Positions 19,584 through 33,443 of a stretch of 64,000 nucleotides of DNA are shown here, in pieces. The DNA comes from Rhodospirillales bacterium (lineage in GTDB: Bacteria; Pseudomonadota; Alphaproteobacteria; Bin95): contig JAYQLI010000035.1 of NCBI GenBank assembly GCA_038143065.1, positions 1-64,000 on the forward strand. The letters run 5' to 3'. A program made the position numbers and the translations under genes. The notes beneath the pieces are model-generated. The model was not told where the DNA came from. It saw nothing but the letters and a program-made list of their open reading frames with translations, and did not search any database. Numbering within the stretch: the first letter of the stretch is position 1; each line of letters starts with the position of its first letter.

Positions 19584-20621
19584 TTGAGCGTCGTGCGGAT
19601 TGGTGTGTTGGGAGCGGGCTTAATTGGGAAAAAACATATTGCAGTGCTGTTAGCTAATGAAGGCAATTATGAGCTTGTGGGTGTTGCAGATCCAGATTTA
19701 GAAGCGGCTAAGCGTGCTGCCCCTGAAGCTCAACACTTCTCTTCGTTACAAGCCCTGCTTGCCCAGGCTAAGCCAGACGGGCTTGTCATTTCTACGCCCA
19801 ATCAAACTCACCTTGAGATAGGTCTAACTTGCATCAAGGCTGGATTGCCAATCCTCGTAGAGAAGCCAGTTGCTGATTCTCTTGAAGACGCTAACCGCCT
19901 AATCGATGCTGCCGAAGCAGCTGATGTTCCAATCCTTGTTGGGCATCACCGTCGACATAATCCGATAATGCAAGCGGCCGCTAGGGCAGTACATGAAGGT
20001 TCTCTCGGTCGGATTGTAAGTGCGTCTTCACTTTGGATGACGCATAAACCAAAAGGCTATCACGATCCTGCTTGGCGCAGACGCCCGGGTGGTGGCCCAA
20101 TTTTGATTAATGCGATTCACGAGGTCGATAGTCTGAGAATGTTATTGGGCAATATCGCCGAAGTGCAGGCATTTTCTTCTAATGCCGTCCGTGGGTTTGA
20201 AGTAGAAGATACCACTGCAGCAGTATTTCGTTTCTCCTCGGGAGCTCTTGGAACCCTAACTCTATCAGACACTGCTTCATCCCCCTGGACTTGGGAGTGG
20301 ACGTCTGGGGAAAATCCAGACTTCCCAAAAACCAAAGCAGATAGTTTATTCATTGCGGGAACATTAGGTAGTTTAGCGGTTCCATCTTTGTGCTTAAGAA
20401 CTCATCTCGAAGGAGCCGAAAGTTGGTTGACTCCACTTTTAGAGGACAAGCTCACTTATCAAGCTCAAGATCCGTACATCCCTCAAATGAAAAATTTTGC
20501 TGATGTAATACGTCGAGATGCTGAGCCGGTTGTTTCAGGGCGTGAAGGTTTAAAAACACTAGCTGCAACTCTGGCTATAGCAGAAGCTGCTAACACGGGA
20601 CGTGCGGTCAAGTTGGGATAA
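19584..20621 (+). CDS. Gfo/Idh/MocA family oxidoreductase
   Basis: GAGLIG, STPNQTH, VEKPVA, GHHRRHNP, GGGPILINAIH. Confidence 0.9.
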   Translation: MSVVRIGVLGAGLIGKKHIAVLLANEGNYELVGVADPDLEAAKRAAPEAQHFSSLQALLAQAKPDGLVISTPNQTHLEIGLTCIKAGLPILVEKPVADSLEDANRLIDAAEAADVPILVGHHRRHNPIMQAAARAVHEGSLGRIVSASSLWMTHKPKGYHDPAWRRRPGGGPILINAIHEVDSLRMLLGNIAEVQAFSSNAVRGFEVEDTTAAVFRFSSGALGTLTLSDTASSPWTWEWTSGENPDFPKTKADSLFIAGTLGSLAVPSLCLRTHLEGAESWLTPLLEDKLTYQAQDPYIPQMKNFADVIRRDAEPVVSGREGLKTLAATLAIAEAANTGRAVKLG

Positions 20622-20680
20622 GGACTTCCTCGTCCTTGGGTCATCAAGAAAAGAAATTTCAGCGGTAATGGAGAAGCAAA

Positions 20681-21593
20681 GTGCGTGATATGACTGGTGT
20701 CGTAGTAGTCATGCCAACACCATTTGATACGGATGGAAGCATCGACGAAGCTAGTTTGGAGCGTCTTGTTAACCACTACATGAAATTAGGCGTACAGGGT
20801 CTGACTATCATGGGGGTTATGGGCGAGGGCGCTAAGCTGACAGAAGGAGAATCTAATAAATTAATGCGTCGTATCTTTGACCTAGTAAACGGTCAGATAC
20901 CATTGATAGTGGGTGCCTCCAATCCTAGTGATGAGGTAGTAGTTAGCCTGGGTGAAACAGCTATGGCATTAGGTGCTGCAGGTCTGATGATTTCACCTAA
21001 ATCTGGCCTACAGAATGACGATGCAGTGTTTAACTATTTTGCTAACCTTACAAATAAACTTGGTGGTCAAACACCAATATGTGTTCAGGATTATCCACCA
21101 GCCTCTGGCGTCAATGTGAGTGTTGAAGGTCTTCTAAAACTTTTTCTGAATTCGAGACAGTTGAGATGGTGAAGCTGGAGGACAATCCAGGTCTCGATAA
21201 ACTGACACGATTGATTGATACCATTGAGGCACTTGCTCTTAAGCCCGCTGTGTTTGTGGGCAACAATGCCCTGTTCACGGAATTGGAATTAGCCCGTGGG
21301 GCTGCAGGGATAATGACCGGTTTTGCCTTTCCAGAAATGTTGCTGGAACTCTTCCGTCTAAGCCGGGCAAACGATTTTGAATCAGCCTCTGATCTTTATG
21401 AAACATACTTGCCGCTTATACGATATGAATCTCAGCCAATTGTTGGGCTTGCTGCGCGGAAATATGTTCTTAAACGGCAAGGATTAATTGACTCTCCTAC
21501 GCTGCGCGATCCAGCTTACCCTCTAACATCTATTGATAGGGCAGAAATAGATAGGATGCTGGATCGTTTAGAACGCAGACTAGGAAAACAGGC

Positions 21594-21597
<4 letters not shown>
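20681..21597 (+). CDS. Dihydrodipicolinate synthase (DapA) family lyase, frameshifted
   Basis: PTPF..DGSID, GVMGEG, QDYPP, Schiff-base Lys in VKLED. Confidence 0.85.
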
Positions 21598-23152
<1,555 letters not shown>

Positions 23153-23163
23153 GAGCCCTTACT

Positions 23164-23799
23164 CTACTTCAGCGGAGAATGTGATGCTGGAAACATAAGA
23201 GTTGACCACATCTCTTCGATGTGTTGTCCGCTGAATTTAAGAAATTCCTGCCAACCCTGATCAGTAACTGCTGCATTGCGTGCTGTCATGCGTTCTTCAA
23301 ACGAAGGATAAGACCATATATGACAAACCTCGTTTGGCTGTCCTGCCTCTGTTCCCCAAAGACCTACAAGTTTTGAGTACTTTTCACGATGTTCCATAGC
23401 TTTTAGGAAAGTATCAGTCCAAACCTTCATTGAGCCTGGGCGCAGTCTATAGTTGCGGAGCTCGTAAAGATTATTTTCCGAGCTTGGAGCGGTTGGTGTC
23501 CGATAGCAGTTAAGAAGTCGTATATCTTGACGAACTAAGTGCTCTCGGATTTTGGGAAGATAATCATTATTCCAACTTGGGTTTGCGCTGAGAGCTTTTC
23601 TTTTTTCTGCTCTTTCGTTGAGATCTTTATAACTCCAAAGATGCATCACCTGGTTGAGAGGTCCTACCTCGGTGAGCCAATAACCTTCGAGTTTCCCATA
23701 ATCATCACCGCGTATACTCCGAGAAATCGTGCCAGCATTCTTGGCAACGATTGGAGCAGAGCCGGGCTTCACTGTGTATGTGCGCAATTCATAAATCAT
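23164..23799 (-). CDS. NIPSNAP family protein (two tandem domains)
   Basis: MIYELRTY and LYELRNY repeats, HLWSY/HIWSY, C-terminal SPLK. Confidence 0.88.
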   Translation of the reverse strand: MIYELRTYTVKPGSAPIVAKNAGTISRSIRGDDYGKLEGYWLTEVGPLNQVMHLWSYKDLNERAEKRKALSANPSWNNDYLPKIREHLVRQDIRLLNCYRTPTAPSSENNLYELRNYRLRPGSMKVWTDTFLKAMEHREKYSKLVGLWGTEAGQPNEVCHIWSYPSFEERMTARNAAVTDQGWQEFLKFSGQHIEEMWSTLMFPASHSPLK

Positions 23800-23843
23800 T
23801 ATTTTCCCCCTGGAGAAGTATCAGAGGGGAACTTTAGACCGGC

Positions 23844-24323
23844 CTACAGTGCTTCGAAAGCCTTCTTGAAACCATTAGGTGAAATAGGGATTTCTATTTC
23901 GTCGCCATCTGCTATCCGACCAGTCACAGTAAAAGTGTCTTCTTTTTTGAGCATTTCTAGCAAATCATCTGTTAAAGTGATGAATGCTCTGCAGCCTGAA
24001 GAGAGACATTGTTCAAAAGAAATTGTTTTAATTGTCTTGGCGGCTTGGACCTTTAACCCTGCTGGAAGATCAAGTCCTAATGGTGCATCGATCATTGCAC
24101 CAACACGATCTCCCTCAGCTGAGTGGGCAATCACCACAACCATTATGGTCTTAGCATTTTGCTGAACTGTTTGAAGAAGATAACATCGACTAGATTTATT
24201 AGGCCTGGGTTCACAAATCTTTGCCCAATCGCCAAAAGAAACTGTTTGCTCCTGAGCTGTTGCACTAACACACCAAGCTAAAAGCATGCAGCTTATCAGC
24301 AGTTTTAAGCTTCTTTTAATCAT
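23844..24323 (-). CDS. Invasion-associated locus B (IalB) family protein
   Basis: Signal peptide, FGDWAKIC, PLGLDLPAGL, CLSSGC, GFKKAFEAL; an alphaproteobacterial family. Confidence 0.8.
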   Translation of the reverse strand: MIKRSLKLLISCMLLAWCVSATAQEQTVSFGDWAKICEPRPNKSSRCYLLQTVQQNAKTIMVVVIAHSAEGDRVGAMIDAPLGLDLPAGLKVQAAKTIKTISFEQCLSSGCRAFITLTDDLLEMLKKEDTFTVTGRIADGDEIEIPISPNGFKKAFEAL

Positions 24324-24380
24324 AGAGATATTCTTTAGCATACAGGTATTCATGATTAAAATTGCTTCAAGGAAGCGCTT

Positions 24381-25975
24381 GTGACGCAGGAGTTAATACC
24401 GAAAGACGAGAGCACGGAAGGACTGTTTCTTCGGTTTGGCCCCTCTTATCGCTGGTTGGTGACAGTAACCGGCCTTTTTGGCGCATTCGCAATGGTACTT
24501 TCAGCTACTATCGTCAATGTAGCTGTCCCGGAAGTCCGAGGAGCATTTGGTGTGGGTCAAGATGAGGCCCAATGGATGGCAACAGCCTTCCTTGCGACCA
24601 TGACAGCAAGTCAGCTTCTAAATGCTTGGATGGTTGCAGCGTTCGGCAAGCGAGGTGCTTTTCTTTCAACTCTTATTTTATTCACGATTGGAGCAGTGAT
24701 CTGTTCAACTGCCCACAACATGCCAACTTTAATTGTTGGCAGAGTCCTTCAGGGAGCTGCAGCTGGAATTATCCAGCCTCTAGTAATGGTCTCAATTGTT
24801 GAAGTGTTTCCTCCAGATAGGCGTGGCACCGCAATGGGTATTTTTGGCTCTGGTGTGGTTCTCGCTCCGGCCATAGGACCTGCCGTTGGAGGTATTGCGA
24901 TCGATGAATTTTCCTGGCGCTTAATGTTTATACTCCCTCTACCAGCAGTTTTTATTGCTTTTATTGGCGGAATTATTTTCATGCCAACCAAGACAGATAA
25001 TGCAAAGCGCCCTCCGTTTGACTGGACTGGATACGGTCTTTTGCTCGTTGCGCTTGCCGTCATAATGAACGCAATTGGTGGGGGCCGCGGTATGGGTGGG
25101 GTTCAGATAAAATTGCAAGTCAGCTCTTGGCAGGTGGTCTTCTCGCCGGCGCTTTTTTATATTGGCAAGTTAGAAGTAGGGCGCCAATTCTGTCTCTTGA
25201 TTTGTTTAAGAACCCAGGTTTTTCGTCTGCAGTTGCCGTCGCTTTTGTATTTGGAGCAGGGAACTTTGCATCTAGCTACATAATTCCCGTTTTTGTGCAG
25301 GATGTGCAGAGTTACACAGCAACCCGCGCCGGTATGTTGTTGATGCCAGCTGGACTTATATTGGTGGCAGCACTTCCTTTAACTGGAAGGATGTCTGATC
25401 GAGTGCCAGGCCATATCATGGTTGCGATTGGCCTCGCCTTTTTTGCCGCTGGCGCTCTCGCAATGAGTTTCGGTGATGCGGATACAAGCTTTTTGGTATT
25501 TGCCAGTTTCGCAATTCTAAGTCGTTTTGGCCTTGCGTTTATTCTTCCCTCTTTAACCTCATCTGCATTTAAGGCGTTAAAACCAGATCAGTTAGCTCGT
25601 GGTTCGGGGAGTATGAATTTTATAAGACAGCTTGGTGGTGCGAGCGGGACTAACCTTATTGTTGTATGGCTTCAAATGCGTCACTCTTCTCATGCTCAGG
25701 TATTGAATGGCACTCAGGCCCCAGATAATCCAGCTACTTTCGAAACACTTGGTAGATTGGCCGATCAGCTATCAGCCGAGGGCTTGGATGGTTTTGCCTT
25801 GGACGCATTAGCTGCCGATTTTCTTGCTCAGGCGATTAATGCCAAGGCTTTAGCTCTTGCATTTCAAGATTGTTTTTTAGCTTTGGCAGTCGTGTTTTTC
25901 ATAGCAATTATACCTGCCTTTATACTCGGCCGTTTTATGGGGAAGGAAATTAATGGGCGCTTTAGGTGGAATTAA
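24381..25975 (+). CDS. DHA2 family MFS efflux permease (EmrB/QacA-like), frameshifted
   Basis: [40 protein letters not shown]. Confidence 0.88.
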
Positions 25976-27141
25976 AGTCATTGATCTCAGTCGTGTTCTT
26001 GCGGGTCCTTTTTGTGGTCAATTACTGGCGGAGAATGGAGCTGATGTCATAAAAATCGAGGGCCCAGAAGGCGACCTTAATCGTGGTTTCCCCATGTTTT
26101 GGCGGAGGGAGATAGCACCAATTTTCGTTCTGTAAATCGAGGGAAAAGGGATATCACCCTCAATTTAAAGTCTGAAAAAGCGAGGGCATTACTGGATAAG
26201 TTACTGCAGGATGCCGATGTCTTAATTCAAAGTTTCCTTCCTCCAGTTGCGGAAAAACTGGGAGTTGGTTGGGAGCGTATACAACAAAAAAATTCCCTGA
26301 CCTCATATATGTTTCCATCTCTGGCTATGGTGCAGAAGGACCACTGAGTAACAAACCAGGATATGATACTATGGTGGCTGCTTATTCTGGGGTTATGTCT
26401 TTGACTGGTGAGCCTGACCGCCCACCAGTAAGGCTTGGCGTTACAGCTATTGATCTTGCTACCGGGATGCTGGCGTATAGTGGCGTTACAACAGCGTTGT
26501 TAGCAAGAGAACGAGGAAAAGCTCGTGGGCAGAGAGTGAATGTTTCACTCCTCGAAACGGGAGTTACATTGCTGGGATTTCATGGTGCTGGCTATTTAGC
26601 GACGGGTGAGGTTGATAAAAGAGAAGGAGCTGGCTACGAGTCTTTATCTCCGTACGGTGCCTATCGAGCTAAAGATGGTGAAATCATGATCGGTGCACCC
26701 ACACAGGCAATGTGGGTGAAAGCGTGCCATGCTCTGGAAATGAAAGAGCTGATTGATGATCCCCGTTTTGCAACTAACGCATTACGCTGCGAAGCCAGAG
26801 AAGAGCTTCGGCAAGAGATTGAATTGCGGCTGAAGAGCAAAACGGTGGATGATTGGATCGGTAAATTAGAAGAAGCTGGAGTTGCAAATTCCCCTATCAA
26901 TTCCATCGATCGCGTATTGAATGATCCTCAAACTTTAGCAAATCAAATGGTTGTTGAGTGTGCTGCTGCAGATGGCAGTATTCAACGTCTTTTGGGTTTG
27001 CCTTTTAAGTTAACGGCTACCCCGGGTAGTCCTGGGGCTGCGCCTCCGAGACAAGGGCAGCATAATTCAGAGGTATTTTGTGGAGACCTTGGTCTTTCCT
27101 CTGAAGAGTTGGCAGTCTTACAGACGGAAGGCGCTATTTAA
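25953..27141 (+). CDS. CaiB/BaiF family CoA-transferase (frameshifted)
   Basis: [34 protein letters not shown]. Confidence 0.9.
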
Positions 27142-27174
27142 AAAAAAGCAAAGTGGGATGAATAAAGGTATTCG

Positions 27175-28683
27175 ATGGCCAATCTAACGGAATTTCTTGG
27201 TTTTCATGCTCGCCGAACCCCAGACCGGACGGCGGTCGCGTATAAAGACAAAGAAATCACTTACGCAGAATTGATGTTGCGGGCAACAGCGGGTTCGAAT
27301 TGGCTAGCTGAAAGAGGGATAAGCCGAGGTGATGTGGTAGCTGTTTTGATGAAGAACAGTGCTGCATTTTTTGACCTTGTGTTCGCAGTGAGTCATTTGG
27401 GGGCAGTCCTGCTTCCCATTAACTATCGACTGGCTCCAAGCGAGATATCGTACATTTTAGGAGACTCTGGCGCGAGGCTTTTGATTGCAGATCAAGAATT
27501 CGAAGAGGTTACCACTCTCCTGGATCAAGAAATCATTGAGGATGTATTCCTTCTAAATAGCTCTGCTCAGGAAGACATTAGGTTTGTGGCAATTAATAGT
27601 GGGTCACATTTTCCTGTCTTACGCCAAAGCAGCGATTTAATGCGTCTGGTTTATACTTCAGGCACAACCAGTAGACCAAAGGGCGTTATGCACGCCTATG
27701 ACCAGTTCTATTGGAAACACCTATCACTTATTCCGCCTCTTGAGCTCTCACATAAAACCCGGCTTTTGATTGTTGGCCCGCTCTATCACGTTGGTGGACT
27801 AGAGTTGCCTGGCCTTTCAGTGCTCGCTTTAGGCGGTATGATTGCGCTTGAACGAGAGTTTGATCCTGAAAGAGCGCTTGCCACTATTAAGCGATATAGT
27901 CTCAACGGAGCATGGTTTGCCCCGACCATGACTAATATGATTTTGGCCTTACCAAGTAGTTGTTGGGTATCCGCTAGATCACTGAGTTGGGTAATTGGTG
28001 GTGGGGAGCGTACGCCTGAGGCTCGGATACGTTCCTTCGGTGAAGCATTCCCTAATGCTCGATATATTGATGCGTATGGTCTGACAGAAAGTAATAGCGG
28101 CGACACTTTCATGGTACCTGGAATGGAACTTGCAAAGATTGGTTCTACTGGTCGTGCGGCTCCTCACTTAGAGGTGGAAATACGCGATGAAGCGGGAGCA
28201 AATTTACAACCTGGCCAAGATGGGGAGATCTGTCTTCGTGGTAGGAAGATCACATCTGGATATTGGAATGATAAGCAGCGCACCGATGAAGCATTTTTTC
28301 CAGAAGGATGGTTTAGAACTGGCGATATAGGACATCTTGATGATGAAGGTTTTCTATATCTCACCGACCGTAAGAAGGACATGATCCTATCAGGAGGGGA
28401 AAATATCGCTTCAAGTGAATTGGAGCGAGTGATTTACGAGATGCCAGAGGTTCTTGAGGCAGCAGTTATTGCGGGAGCTGACCCAGAATGGGGTGAAGTG
28501 CCGGTGGCGGTCGTAACCCCAAGACCTGGGTTGAATATTACGCTGTCGGATTTACAGAAACATTGTCGAAAGTCTTTGGCGGGTTTTAAAACCCCAAAGC
28601 GTTTAATTATTAAGGAAAGTTTACCCAGAAACCCATCCGGTAAGGTTCTGAAGCGTATATTGCGTGAAGAAATTGAGCTTTGA
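27175..28683 (+). CDS. Acyl-CoA synthetase (AMP-binding enzyme)
   Basis: YTSGTTSRPKG, YGLTE, RTGD, DRKKDMILSGGENI, PRNPSGKV. Confidence 0.92.
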   Translation: MANLTEFLGFHARRTPDRTAVAYKDKEITYAELMLRATAGSNWLAERGISRGDVVAVLMKNSAAFFDLVFAVSHLGAVLLPINYRLAPSEISYILGDSGARLLIADQEFEEVTTLLDQEIIEDVFLLNSSAQEDIRFVAINSGSHFPVLRQSSDLMRLVYTSGTTSRPKGVMHAYDQFYWKHLSLIPPLELSHKTRLLIVGPLYHVGGLELPGLSVLALGGMIALEREFDPERALATIKRYSLNGAWFAPTMTNMILALPSSCWVSARSLSWVIGGGERTPEARIRSFGEAFPNARYIDAYGLTESNSGDTFMVPGMELAKIGSTGRAAPHLEVEIRDEAGANLQPGQDGEICLRGRKITSGYWNDKQRTDEAFFPEGWFRTGDIGHLDDEGFLYLTDRKKDMILSGGENIASSELERVIYEMPEVLEAAVIAGADPEWGEVPVAVVTPRPGLNITLSDLQKHCRKSLAGFKTPKRLIIKESLPRNPSGKVLKRILREEIEL

Positions 28684-28696
28684 GACACATTCTTCT

Positions 28697-29628
28697 TTAG
28701 GTGGATTTGGTACTAAGTGACCGTCGTTGCTCACTTCGAAGGCTATAAATTGAAGTGCCGATTATAATACTTGATCCTAAGATCGTGGACCAAGTTGGCA
28801 CTTCTAGAAACACAAAAAATCCGATGAGTGCAGCAAAGACTAACCGTGCGTAATCAAGTGGGGCGACGGCGCTGGCCTCGCCTGCCCGATATCCCGCGAT
28901 GTTGCAAAACTGTCCAGCGACAGAGAGAAAGCCGATTCCTAGCATCATCGCCCATTGCAGAAGGGTAGGCCAAACCCAAAAATAGATTCCAAATGGCAGC
29001 ATTGCGGCACCGACTAGCAGCGCTTGATAACTTAAGATTGTGATGGAGCGATCGAATTGAGAAAGGTGACGAATTATAATTGAAACCATTGCGGCCCCAG
29101 CTGCGCCTGCAACTGCATATAAGGCGTATATGTCAACGCCACTCGCCTCTGGCTGTACAATCACTAACACTCCAGCAAAGCCAACAAGAGTTGCTAACCA
29201 TCTATTAACCCAGCAATTTCTTTTAAAAAAATGATCGCAAAAATTGTCACAAATAAGCTTTTTGCGAAGCTTAAGGCTGTGGCATCAGCCATTGGCATGT
29301 GCTGTATAGCTAAGAAACTTCCTACCATCGCTATTATGGCAAACATTACCCTAACAATTTGCAGTGGAAGTGATTTAGTTCGTAACGCGTCCGGAAAATT
29401 ACGGGCAATTACAGGCAACACAGTAATAGTCATGGTGGCCTGACGAATAAGTAAAATTTGAAAAACACTTATTTCGCCGCCTAATTCTTTTACAAAAGCG
29501 GCACCGGAGGTGAAGATGATCCCTGCCGTCATTATGTAAATTGCACCGCGCACGTTGCCCGGCAGCAGCTGCAACGGGGCTAATAACCTAGCCCATGATG
29601 TCTGTATCAAGTCTTTGATACTGACCAT
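28697..29628 (-). CDS. DMT family transporter (frameshifted)
   Basis: ADATALSF, EASAVAPLDYARLVFA..F.EVP. Confidence 0.85.
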
Positions 29629-29723
29629 GTCTAACCCTAACTAATATAGTGAAGTGTTCTCAGTGAAATTGAAACTTTGAAACCACCACAAAAGTTTTTA
29701 GCTCTGCCCCATGCCCAATCTCA

Positions 29724-31070
29724 TTATTGATGTTCAGCCAACTTTATTATGGCCTTCTTCAAGATTGAGATCATTTCCTCCATCTCGGTTTCTCTCACGA
29801 TTAACGGTGGCGACATCGCCAGTACGTCACCTGTGGCACGCAGGTACAGCCCTTGGGCAAAGCATTCTAAGAATACATCGAAACCACGTTTTCCTGGTTC
29901 TCCAGGGCGTGACGATAGTTCAACGGCTCCCATAAGTCCCACATTGCGCACATCAATTACGTTTGGAGCATCGGCCATGCTGTGAAGTAAATTCTCAAAC
30001 TTTGGAGCAAGATCGGCTGACCGCTGGAATAGCTGCTCGTCCCTGTAGATGTCGAGTGTTGCAAGACCTGCAGCAACTGCAAGAGGGTGTGCTGAATAAG
30101 TATAACCGTGGGCTAGCTCAATTGCCCATTCCGGGCCAGTCATGAAGGAGTCATAGATTGCTCGTCCCATATCTACAGCTGAAGAAGGGGCAGCGCCGTT
30201 GGTTAATCCTTTTGCAATTGTCATCATGTCAGGAGTCACGCCAAATGCCTCCGACGCAAATGCGGCACCAACACGTCCAAAACCTGTGATAACTTCATCA
30301 AAAATGAGAAGAATACCGTGGGTATCACAAATATCTCTAAGACGTTTCAGATAGCCTTTAGGAGGTGGCAAGACTCCTGTTGAACCTGCGACTGGTTCAA
30401 CAATAACTCCTGCAATTGTGGATGGATCATGAAGTTCACAGATGCGCTCAAGAGCATCGGCAAGTTCTGCGCCGTGGTCCGGCAGTCCTCTGCTAAATGC
30501 ATTGCGGTTCAGGTCAGAGGTGTGAGGAAGGTGGTCAACACCTGGGAGCATTAGGCCAAACATTTTTCGATTGGCTTTGATTCCCCCAACGGACATACCT
30601 CCAAAGCCAATCCCATGATAACCTCGCTCGCGACCAACAAAGCGAGTGCGCTGCGCTTCTCCGCGAGCTCTGTGATATGCGAGCGCAATTTTAAGTGCTG
30701 TATCTACTGCTTCGGAGCCTGAATTGGCAAAAAATACTGTGTCTAAACCTTCCGGTGCAAGGTTTCCAATTCGAGAAGCTAGTTCAAAGGCTCCAGGGTG
30801 TCCCATTTGGAAACTTGGAGCATAATCCATTTGATCTGCCTGGGCTTTAATTGCTTCCGCGATTTCTTTTCGCCCGTGCCCAGCATTAACGCACCATAAG
30901 CCAGCTGATCCATCGAGAATTTTTCTGCCATCACGTGTAATGTAATGGACTCCCTCAGCACCGGTTAAAAGTCGGGGTGCTTTTTTGAACTGTCGTTGGG
31001 AAGTAAACGGCATGAAGAATGCTTCGAGATCGTTGGTGTCTGCGTGCGCTAGTGATGCTGGGGTTGTCAT
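29724..31070 (-). CDS. Class III omega-amino acid:pyruvate aminotransferase (beta-alanine transaminase-like)
   Basis: MPFT, DGSAGLWC, NSGSEAVDTALK, FDEVITGFGR, AKGLT, HGYTYSAHP. Confidence 0.92.
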   Translation of the reverse strand: MTTPASLAHADTNDLEAFFMPFTSQRQFKKAPRLLTGAEGVHYITRDGRKILDGSAGLWCVNAGHGRKEIAEAIKAQADQMDYAPSFQMGHPGAFELASRIGNLAPEGLDTVFFANSGSEAVDTALKIALAYHRARGEAQRTRFVGRERGYHGIGFGGMSVGGIKANRKMFGLMLPGVDHLPHTSDLNRNAFSRGLPDHGAELADALERICELHDPSTIAGVIVEPVAGSTGVLPPPKGYLKRLRDICDTHGILLIFDEVITGFGRVGAAFASEAFGVTPDMMTIAKGLTNGAAPSSAVDMGRAIYDSFMTGPEWAIELAHGYTYSAHPLAVAAGLATLDIYRDEQLFQRSADLAPKFENLLHSMADAPNVIDVRNVGLMGAVELSSRPGEPGKRGFDVFLECFAQGLYLRATGDVLAMSPPLIVRETEMEEMISILKKAIIKLAEHQ

Positions 31071-31336
31071 GATGAGAAGCGTCCTTAGCTAATGGAAACG
31101 GAATGTGGACTACGATAACACGCCGGTCCGTAGCGTGTCGTCAATCTAAGCTTAAAACTTATTTGCAATCGGTACCAAGCTTTTGATTCAGGAATTTATT
31201 CGTTGAACCTTCAATTTTTGGCGGATACTGGTAGAAGGGTGTCTGTTTGATCTTTTTTTACTTGGTGGATTAGTGACTGCCGAGCCCAAAAAGCGGATCT
31301 ACGCAAGTAATAACAACCTGCTAGGAGCATTGTGTC

Positions 31337-33181
31337 GTGTCATCAAAGCCTGTCCTTATTGATTCTCACCCCGGACGCTCCTCGCAGACAATTGGCATTG
31401 CCCGCGAGCTTGGGACTGAAATAGACCTTATTCATCAGCCTTCTGTTGGCGTTGTTGGTAATAAGGGTGACTCTCAATGCTACATAGGGGTTCAGCGAAA
31501 AGTGGAAGCAATCCACGAAGCTCTCCTTGCCCGGGTTGGCCATGGGGAAGGACAAATGGCCATGAGGCTAGTCCAGCCTGAGTTCACCGTTGGCGTTTCA
31601 GATGGAATTCGGAATGGCACTCGGGAGATGCGTTATTCACTGATCGGTCGTGAAATTACTCACGATGCACTTTCAGAGCATCTGTCGGGGAGTGGCCTTG
31701 TTGGCTGCATTGCGGTGGTTGCTTGTGACAAACCTCCCGTTGGCACCCTCTCTGCTCTCCTAGAGCATAACCAGCCTGCGATCATTATGTCTGATGGACC
31801 TATTCGTCCTGGTCAGGATCCTGAAACGGGCGAAGACCTTGATATCGTTTCAGCTTACCAGGTGGCAGGACATCCAAATGAAGAGCACCGTTTCCACATA
31901 GCATGCAATGCATGCCCCTGGGTTTGGTTCCTGCGGTGGCATGTTCACTTACAATACCATGCAGACCTTTATTGAGTGGTAGGTTTACAGCCTCTGCATA
32001 TGGTGGCCCCACCATCAGATGATCCTCGCAGATTGAAAGAGTTTCCAGAAGAACTGGTGGGTCATCTCAAACAGATGATTGAAAACGGGATAAGGCCCCG
32101 TGATATCGTCGGCCGAGATTCCTTGAGGAATGCAGTTATTGTTGCAATGGCTGTGGGCGGATCCACTAACGTCGTACTGCATGCTCCTGAACTTGCGCGT
32201 GCTGCTGGGTTCCGGAATTTCTGGAAAGATGTAATGACTCCTGAAGAGTTTAATCATCTATCCCAGAATGTTGTTCCGGTGCTGACTGATGCAAGGCCTT
32301 ATGGGCAATATTCAATGGTGGATATTGATCAGGTTGGCGGTGTTCAAGTTATCGTCAAAGAATTGATGGCAGCCGGGATGCTCAATGGCAACGTTCCAAC
32401 ATGCACCGGGGAAACTTTGGCTGAACAAGTTCAGCGTTTAGAAACTCCAAACCCTGATGGTACAGTTATTTATTCTTGCTCTAAGCCATACAAACCCACA
32501 GGAGGACTTCGCCTCCTGCGCGGGAACCTCTCCCCAGACTACAGCGCAATCCTAAAGCTTGCGGGTGTTGAAGGTGGACTTGAAAACAATGTCTTCAAAG
32601 GCTCTGCGCGGGTCTTTGAAGGAGAAGCAGGTCTTTTAGAGGCCCTCGATAAACATCCTGAAGTTTTTCAGAATAACGACATGGTTATTGTTCGTTATGA
32701 AGGACCTGCAGGGGCGCCTGGTATGCCTGAAATGCTGGACTCAACTTCTCGAATTACGACGTTGTGCCGAGAGAAAAATATTGTGGTTGGCCTTATGACC
32801 GATGCACGTTTTTCCGGTGGTTCAGTAGGCCTTGTGATTGGTCATGTTGGACCAGAAGCAGCACTTGGAGGGCCTATCGCTTTAATTGAGGATGGCGACG
32901 AAATCATAGCGGATATGAATACCAATGAGCTCAACAGCCTGGCTCTAAATGATCCTAAAATTTACGCAGATCGCAAGGCGGCTTGGCAGCGCATTGTAGA
33001 TGAAAATGGCGGTTCACATCCAAACTGCGGAATAGCAGATACCCGCCTTTTACATCGTATGAGACTGTCAGGTGTGCCAGCAACCCAAGGTGGAGGGATA
33101 CACCCAGGCAGAGAACTTTGGGTGCGGGATGAGCGATCGGCTAAGAAATCAGGTTTTGAGCCAGTCAATAAATTCCACTAA
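31337..33181 (+). CDS. ilvD: Dihydroxy-acid dehydratase (IlvD/Edd family), frameshifted
   Basis: SDGI, CDK, ACP..GSCGGMFTYNTM, GGSTN, RYEGPAGAPGMPEM, TDARFSGG..IGHVGPEA. Confidence 0.8.
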
Positions 33182-33200
33182 CAAGGATCGGGAGAGCCTT

Positions 33201-33443
33201 TTAGGGGTAAAGCAACCAATCAAAGAAGCTTTTGCTGCCAATTATGACGTCCAGCGTCAGCGATGGGGCCCAATCCACAATGCGAATTAAACCGTCTAAT
33301 GCGGCCTGGCCAAGGTTTGTTATGAAAATTGGTGTCTCAGGTTCAGCCATAGCAGCGATAAGAGCGCCCCAGCCAAATAAGGCCAGACCAAATCCCATCC
33401 CAATAATCAGGTAGGCATAGATTAGGAACCTAAGTCTGCGCAT
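33201..33443 (-). CDS. Small hypothetical membrane protein
   Basis: 80-aa ORF with a TM helix (FLIYAYLIIGMGFGLALFGWG), filling the gap between ilvD and alaX. Confidence 0.5.
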   Translation of the reverse strand: MRRLRFLIYAYLIIGMGFGLALFGWGALIAAMAEPETPIFITNLGQAALDGLIRIVDWAPSLTLDVIIGSKSFFDWLLYP

